A stretch of DNA of 64,000 nucleotides, taken from Nitrospirota bacterium (GTDB lineage: Bacteria > Nitrospirota > UBA9217). Position 1 is the stretch's first letter, and the number at the start of each line of letters is the position of its first letter. This document shows positions 58,232 to 64,000 of this stretch, one piece after another. The stretch covers positions 416,001-480,000 of the forward strand of contig CAWBNQ010000005.1 of NCBI GenBank assembly GCA_963790205.1. Direction: 5' to 3'. The notes beneath the pieces are model-generated. The model did no database searches. It saw only the letters and a program-made list of their open reading frames with translations, and had not been told where the DNA came from. Both the position numbers and the translations under genes were made by a program.

Positions 58232-60871
58232 TTATTCTATCACCTTGAGTATCGTTTCCTTGATCTTGTGGAGCCTATCGCTATCAAGAATCTTCTGACG
58301 CAGCAGGTCTGTTACGTAGAAGGAATCCATGACCCGCACACCTTCAGTTACGATCTTGGCGGAACCGATGTCGAGGTTGAGGTCGTACAGGGTCTTCGTC
58401 ACCCGGTACAGGAAGCCGACCATGTCTCGCGCCGTAATATCAACGATGGTAAATGAGTCCGAAGTCTCGTTGTCGAACTCCACGGACGGAGTTACCGCGA
58501 CCGGGGCCTGTCTCACGGATATGTACACACCCGGTTCAGGAGGCCCGGTCTTGCTCATGAGTGCCGTCCTGAGCTCGTTCCGCACGCTCTCCCATGCGTC
58601 ATCATACGCGTAGATGTTGCCGTCAGAATCGGTGACCTGAAAAGTATCGATCATGACTCCGTTCTTTGAGGTATAGACCTGCGCTCGTAGAATGTTCAGG
58701 TTCTTCGCCGCAATCGTGCCGGCGGTCCGGTAAAACATGCCGTAGGCATCGTAGGCGCAGACCGTAAGCTCTGTATAGCCCTTCTCGGGATAGTGGCAAT
58801 ACCGGATCACGAGTTGTTCATCGGGGAGCCGTTTCATCATCCCCATGTGATCGATCACCTTGTGCGCAGAAGTATAAAGGATATACTGTTCGGGCATTGC
58901 CACAAGAAAAGAATCGATTTCCTGCAGCGTAAACAGCTCCTCGGCGGCGTTCCTGATCCTGACCGATGCCGCGATCAACCGGGCCTGCATTTCTTCCCCT
59001 GCCTGAGCGCTCGTTTCGAGGTAATTGAGAGTTTTCAAATAAAGGTCTTGAAGAAGCACCGCCTTCCACTGTGTCCATGCTGTAGGATTTACCGCCGAGA
59101 TGTCCGCGTAGGTGAGCAGGTAGAGCATGGCAAGGTTATCGCGGTCCCACACCACCCGTGAAAAATCCGCGATCACCTTCCTGTCGGTCAGTTCTCTGCG
59201 CTGGGACAAGCTCGACATGAGGAGGTGATTCCGGATAAGGAACAATACCCGTTCACGGTCCTCGCCGCCGACTCCAAGCCGGGCGAGTATCTTTTCCGCC
59301 AGCTCGGCCCCATGGCGTTCGTGCTCTGCCCGGTAGGCCTTACCCAGATCATGGAGCAATGCCGCGAGAATCAATATCCACCGTTTTTTTATCCCGGTAA
59401 AAGCATCACGAAGCATAGCGAGCGCGGGAAATTGGCCTGACCACAAATCCTGAAGCTTCCGGATGGCAAGCAGGATATGTTCATCAACAGTGTACAGGTG
59501 ATAATAGTCGTGCCGGGCCAGCGCCTGAATGGCCCTGAACTCGGGCAAATATCGACCGAGGAAGCGCACCTTCTTCATAAGATCGAGCGTTTCCGAAAGA
59601 TTGTCGGGTTTGTTCAGGATAGAGAGAAAAGCAGCGGCGGCAGAGGGATCGCGCCGTCCTCCGTCTCCGATCCGGCATTCCCGAATCTGGGACATGAGCT
59701 TACCGGAAAAAACCGCGTGACGTGACTGTGCAATTTCGAAGGCAGCCATGATGAACGACGTATCTCCTCCACAGTCATTCCCCGACGACGGGACGAGGGT
59801 CCTGCCGACGAGGGAGAACGGACCCAGGGACAGCGTCCGTTCGAACCAACGGCGCTCGGGCTTGGGGAGCACTGACTCGGCGACAACGTGCAAAAACTCA
59901 CTGATGTTCCGCGCGTGCAGAAAATAGGCTTTCATGAACCGCTCCACGGCAAGCAAGTGCGCCGAGTCGCGATAGTTGAAATCCCCGGCCGCCCGTTCCT
60001 GGAGTTCAAAGGTGAGGTGGTCGTTCTTACGGCCCGAAAGGTAATGGAGCTCATTCCGCACGCTCCAGAGAAAGTTCCGCGATCTCAGCACTACCGCGTG
60101 TTGTCCTTCGGAGATAACGCCGTGCGCAACCAGGTCCCCGAGCGACCCGATCCTGAAGCGTACGCAAGCGATCCAGAAGGCGGTATGAAAGTCCCTGAGC
60201 CCGCCGGCTCCCTCCTTGATGTTCGGTTCCCGAAGGTAGATGGAGCCGCCGTATTTCTGGCGTGTTGCGTTCCGCTCGGCAATTTTTTCGTTGATGAAAG
60301 CAGGGGGCTTCCAGTAGAAGACCTCGCTCTGCATAATCTTGAGGAACGACTGGTAGAGGGCCGGATCGCCGGCGATCAGGCGGGATTCTATGAGGGACGT
60401 CCGGATTTTGATGTCCTGCCGCCCGAGCGTCAGGCACTCTTTCCCCGTCCTCACGCTGTAGCCGACATCAAGGCCGGCGTCCCAGAGCAGGTAGAGGAGC
60501 TCCGGCGCGCGCTTGCGGTCCGCCTCGTCTCTGCAGAGGAGCATGATGTCGATATCGGAATGAGGATTCAGCTCTCCCCTGCCGTACCCCCCGACCGCGA
60601 GGAGTGCCGGCATGGGACTGGGACCGGCCGACGCCAGACAATGGTGCGCCTCGCGAAGGGTCCGGTCGATGAGAGCGGTGCGCCGCTGCACGACCTCGTT
60701 GCCGGGTGCGCCGGCAAAGTGCGACTCCCTGATAACGGCGTTTTCTTGTTCGAGATACGCCTTAAGGCCGCCGTCAAAAGATGGTGATAATGGTCGGTTC
60801 AATGATTTCACTGTAGTAAAACTGAAGGGATGAGAACAAACAGCTAAACACGGGACCTCAGAGCTGTCCAT
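58232..60871 (-). CDS. glnD: [Protein-PII] uridylyltransferase
   Basis: AVGGYGRGELNPHSDID, EPNIKEGAGGLRD, YTVDEH, LLHDLGK, two ACT domains; start uncertain. Confidence 0.97.
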   Translation of the reverse strand: MDSSEVPCLAVCSHPFSFTTVKSLNRPLSPSFDGGLKAYLEQENAVIRESHFAGAPGNEVVQRRTALIDRTLREAHHCLASAGPSPMPALLAVGGYGRGELNPHSDIDIMLLCRDEADRKRAPELLYLLWDAGLDVGYSVRTGKECLTLGRQDIKIRTSLIESRLIAGDPALYQSFLKIMQSEVFYWKPPAFINEKIAERNATRQKYGGSIYLREPNIKEGAGGLRDFHTAFWIACVRFRIGSLGDLVAHGVISEGQHAVVLRSRNFLWSVRNELHYLSGRKNDHLTFELQERAAGDFNYRDSAHLLAVERFMKAYFLHARNISEFLHVVAESVLPKPERRWFERTLSLGPFSLVGRTLVPSSGNDCGGDTSFIMAAFEIAQSRHAVFSGKLMSQIRECRIGDGGRRDPSAAAAFLSILNKPDNLSETLDLMKKVRFLGRYLPEFRAIQALARHDYYHLYTVDEHILLAIRKLQDLWSGQFPALAMLRDAFTGIKKRWILILAALLHDLGKAYRAEHERHGAELAEKILARLGVGGEDRERVLFLIRNHLLMSSLSQRRELTDRKVIADFSRVVWDRDNLAMLYLLTYADISAVNPTAWTQWKAVLLQDLYLKTLNYLETSAQAGEEMQARLIAASVRIRNAAEELFTLQEIDSFLVAMPEQYILYTSAHKVIDHMGMMKRLPDEQLVIRYCHYPEKGYTELTVCAYDAYGMFYRTAGTIAAKNLNILRAQVYTSKNGVMIDTFQVTDSDGNIYAYDDAWESVRNELRTALMSKTGPPEPGVYISVRQAPVAVTPSVEFDNETSDSFTIVDITARDMVGFLYRVTKTLYDLNLDIGSAKIVTEGVRVMDSFYVTDLLRQKILDSDRLHKIKETILKVIE

Positions 60872-60905
60872 TGAGAGACAGCAGCAGGAAACGCGCGGTA
60901 TTGAG

Positions 60906-61349
60906 TCAATGTCGCGCCTCGGGGACCACCTCTTTCATGCCCTTAAAGCTGATTGCCTTGATCTCGTCCAGGGTCAGCATAAAGCTGCCGAAACCCGCTT
61001 CTCCGTAGCACCGGGAGTCCGCATCGACGTCAAATGCCACATCGCTTCCATCCGCGAGATGCGCGGTAAGTCGTACTTTTTTTTCCTTCTTCTCGCCCAC
61101 CGTCACTTCCTTTATCCGGTCAAAGGGCAGGTTCACCTCGGCCAATCCCATGTATCCCGAAAAACGTATCCTCCCCTCCCAGCTGAACTTCTCGCCGCTG
61201 ATCTTGTTACCCGATGCATCGGTCACCACGACGGTGAAATTCTTGTCGACCCGGGGCGCCCGTTCGAATCCGCCGCCCTTCCCGCCCATGGCTGTGAGCA
61301 AAACAAACAAGGACAGCACAAGAACCACGGTTGAAGCTCTCTTCAGCAT
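60906..61349 (-). CDS. Exported hypothetical protein
   Basis: AAAGGAG RBS, signal-peptide-like N-terminus, beta-rich body. Confidence 0.7.
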   Translation of the reverse strand: MLKRASTVVLVLSLFVLLTAMGGKGGGFERAPRVDKNFTVVVTDASGNKISGEKFSWEGRIRFSGYMGLAEVNLPFDRIKEVTVGEKKEKKVRLTAHLADGSDVAFDVDADSRCYGEAGFGSFMLTLDEIKAISFKGMKEVVPEARH

Positions 61350-61603
61350 GATCGAACTCCTTTCGGGATCAGAAGGTCACTGATATCTGCCTGTAATGAA
61401 CAAGATTACCATATTGACACCGTGCTTTCAAGAAAAAAGCTTGCCCCATGGCAGTGACAAGATTATACTGACGCGTATCAACCCTGCCGCAAGAAACCGC
61501 ACCAGTAAGACGATGGCCGTTGTCGTTTATCGTCGTCCGGCCACGGAGCTTGCAAATGATCATGGGTTTGTGTAAGGTCGCACAGAATGCGAGGTATGCG
61601 GAA

Positions 61604-62377
61604 ATGACCGATAACCTGATGAAGCTCGTTGATCTCATGGCCACGCTCCGCGGGCCCGATGGCTGCCCTTGGGACAAAAAACAGACCGCCGACTCGCTCA
61701 AACCGTTCCTGATCGAGGAGTGCTACGAAGTGGTCGACACGCTCGACGAGGGCGATCCCGGCAAGATGAAGGAAGAGCTCGGAGACCTCCTGTTCCAGAT
61801 CATCTTCCACGCCAGGATCGCCGAGGAAAAAGGCCAGTTCACGATCTGGGACGTCATCTCTACCAATGTCGAAAAGATGGTCCGCCGCCATCCTCATGTG
61901 TTTGGTGATGAGAAGCTCTCGACGGACAAGGAAGTTCTCGCGAACTGGGAAGAGATCAAGAAAAAAGAAAAAGGCAACGAAGACCGTAAGTCCATCCTCG
62001 AGGGCGTGCCCCGGAGCATGCCCTCGCTCATTCGCGCTCACCGGCTCCAGGAACGCGCCGCACGCGTGGGCTTCGACTGGAAGCACCTCAACGAAACCCT
62101 GCCCAAGCTCGATGAGGAGATAGCTGAATTTAAGGAATCGCTCAAGACCGAGGACGCGGCAAAAATAGAAGAAGAACTGGGCGATATTTTCTTTATGCTC
62201 GTTAACATCTCCCGCTTTTTGGATGTAGACCCCGAAGAGGCGCTGAGGAAGACCATCAGCAAGTTCATTCACCGTTTCCGGTACATCGAAGAAAGCGCCG
62301 CAGAGGCTGGCAAATCGTTAACTGACATGACGCTCGATGAAATGGAGAAGTTGTGGCAGGAGGCAAAGAGGAAATGA
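61604..62377 (+). CDS. mazG: Nucleoside triphosphate pyrophosphohydrolase MazG
   Basis: GCPWDKKQT, EELGDLL, RRHPHVFG, VGFDW, EEELGD. Confidence 0.97.
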   Translation: MTDNLMKLVDLMATLRGPDGCPWDKKQTADSLKPFLIEECYEVVDTLDEGDPGKMKEELGDLLFQIIFHARIAEEKGQFTIWDVISTNVEKMVRRHPHVFGDEKLSTDKEVLANWEEIKKKEKGNEDRKSILEGVPRSMPSLIRAHRLQERAARVGFDWKHLNETLPKLDEEIAEFKESLKTEDAAKIEEELGDIFFMLVNISRFLDVDPEEALRKTISKFIHRFRYIEESAAEAGKSLTDMTLDEMEKLWQEAKRK

Positions 62378-62476
62378 ACCACGCTACGGCGAGGTTCTTT
62401 CGAGAGCATAAGTTGAGAGTATAAGTTGAAGCATCGGAGATATATTCAGCCGTAAAAAAGTCGGGCAAAAGAATCA

Positions 62477-62498
62477 GGCCGGGCTTAACAACCCGGCC
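62477..62498. terminator. Hairpin terminator between convergent mazG and lpdA
   Basis: GGCCGGG-CTTAACAA-CCCGGCC with short T tracts on both strands. Confidence 0.6.
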
Positions 62499-62537
62499 GT
62501 TTATATCCTTACGGTGATCATGCGGTTCAGGTGATTT

Positions 62538-63938
62538 TTATTCCCCCAGCTGCGGCAAATGGATCGCCATTCTATAAACGTCCTCAGCTGCCTCCATCAC
62601 TGCTTCAGCAAGCGTGGGATGGGCATGGATCATATGTCCGAGGTCTTTGACGGTAGCGCCGATCTTCATGGCCAACGCGCCTTCGTGGACTATGTCCGTA
62701 GCGTGCGCACCGCAGATATGCATGCCAAGGACCTTGTCGGTGGCCTCATCGGCGATCACTTTCACCATGCCGGTAATTTCACCCATGGCGTGCGCTTTCC
62801 CTAAGGCCCGGTACGGGAACCGTCCAACCCTGATTTTGATCCCCTTCTCAACAGCCTCTTTCTCCCGCAGTCCCACGCTGCCAATCTCGGGCATGGTGAA
62901 TATGCCGGAGGGGATGACGGCATAATCCATTCTTTCGTCTCCGCCGAGGGCGTTTTCCACGGACACCAGCCCTTGGTGCGAGGCAACATGCGCGAGCAGG
63001 ATTTTGCCGGTCACGTCACCGATAGCGTAGATGCCGGGAAGGCTGGTCTCCATCTTCTCGTTCACGATGATCTCTCCGCGCCTGCCCTTGGCTATGCCGA
63101 CGGTCTCAAGTCCCATGTTCTCGGAGTTCATGCTGCGGCCGATGGACATGAGCACCATCTCGGCTTTGACCTGCCGGCCTCCGCTGAGGGTCGCGACCAT
63201 CATGTCTTCTGCAACCTTCTCTACCCTTTCGATTTTTACGTTCGCCATAAGCTTGATCCCGGCCTTCTTAAACTCACGCTCGATAATGGCGGACATCTCC
63301 TCGTCCTCGGTTGACAAGGCATGGGGCATCATCTCGACCATCGTCACTTCTGCGCCGAAAGCCCGATAGATGAAAGCGAATTCGGAACCGATCACTCCTG
63401 CGCCGATGATGAGAAGGCTCTTCGGGACCTCCTTGAGCTGCACCGCATCATCGCTCGTAATGACGCTCTCTCCGTCAAAAGGGATCCCGGGGATCTTCGC
63501 CGGTTTAGACCCGGTGGCAATGATGATCCTGTCCGATTTTACGTCAATCGTCGTTCCGTCCTTCTGCGCGACCCGGACCACGTCCGGCGAGAGCAACGAG
63601 CCGCGGCCCTCTATCAAAGAGACCCTCCAGCTTTTGAACAAGCTCTTGATTCCTTTCACCTGGGTTGAGACAATCTTGTCCTTGCGCTCCCTGATCCTCG
63701 AAAGGTTGTATGAAACGTCTCCGGTGATTTCAAGTCCGAACTCCGCAGCCCGATGCGCATGCACAAGCGCCTCTGCCGAGGCGATCAGGGTCTTGGTCGG
63801 GATGCAGCCCCGGTTCAGACAGGTGCCGCCCACTTCAGCGTCTTCCACGACCGTCACCCGAGCGCCTTTCTGCGCCGCGCGGATCGCAGCCACGTATCCC
63901 CCCGGTCCAGCGCCTATAATCGTAAGTTTTAAGGACAT
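62538..63938 (-). CDS. lpdA: Dihydrolipoyl dehydrogenase
   Basis: GAGPGGYVAA, GGTCLNRGCIPTK, GAGVIG, HAHPTLAE. Confidence 0.97.
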   Translation of the reverse strand: MSLKLTIIGAGPGGYVAAIRAAQKGARVTVVEDAEVGGTCLNRGCIPTKTLIASAEALVHAHRAAEFGLEITGDVSYNLSRIRERKDKIVSTQVKGIKSLFKSWRVSLIEGRGSLLSPDVVRVAQKDGTTIDVKSDRIIIATGSKPAKIPGIPFDGESVITSDDAVQLKEVPKSLLIIGAGVIGSEFAFIYRAFGAEVTMVEMMPHALSTEDEEMSAIIEREFKKAGIKLMANVKIERVEKVAEDMMVATLSGGRQVKAEMVLMSIGRSMNSENMGLETVGIAKGRRGEIIVNEKMETSLPGIYAIGDVTGKILLAHVASHQGLVSVENALGGDERMDYAVIPSGIFTMPEIGSVGLREKEAVEKGIKIRVGRFPYRALGKAHAMGEITGMVKVIADEATDKVLGMHICGAHATDIVHEGALAMKIGATVKDLGHMIHAHPTLAEAVMEAAEDVYRMAIHLPQLGE

Positions 63939-64000
63939 GATATGTTTCCCCTTCTCTAAGAGAAATGACGTGTGCACCAGTCACTGAGGACGCTTTAAAA

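Overview
Bacterial chromosomal window with most genes on the minus strand. Gene content and order (ccsA-hemA-hemC-cobA/hemD-hemB; pilB-pilT-pilC-pilS-pilR; fused YlxR-L7Ae) resemble Nitrospirota/deltaproteobacterial genomes (inference). Housekeeping blocks are rimP-nusA-ylxR-infB-DUF503-rbfA-nrnA-truB-(TMTC-like gene)-rpsO-pnp, heme biosynthesis, lolE/lolD, lysS, purC, ubiD, type IV pilus genes, aroE, tRNA-Thr(CGT), polA, tamB, glnD, mazG and lpdA. The main accessory region (13.6-18.1 kb) holds a 3.1-kb TGT...ACA-bounded IS481-like element. It encodes two apparently intact DDE transposases and two HTH proteins, one overprinted on a transposase tail, and it sits between two fragments of a PD-(D/E)XK nuclease-like, probably defence, gene. 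Other notable items are a small SEC-C protein ending CxxxCxxx-TGA with a SECIS-like hairpin (candidate selenoprotein), a 131-bp MITE with a 6-bp target duplication, an IS630, several families of intergenic palindromic repeats, an apparent ATA start for lolD, and single-base frameshifts in ccsA and ylxR that may be assembly errors.
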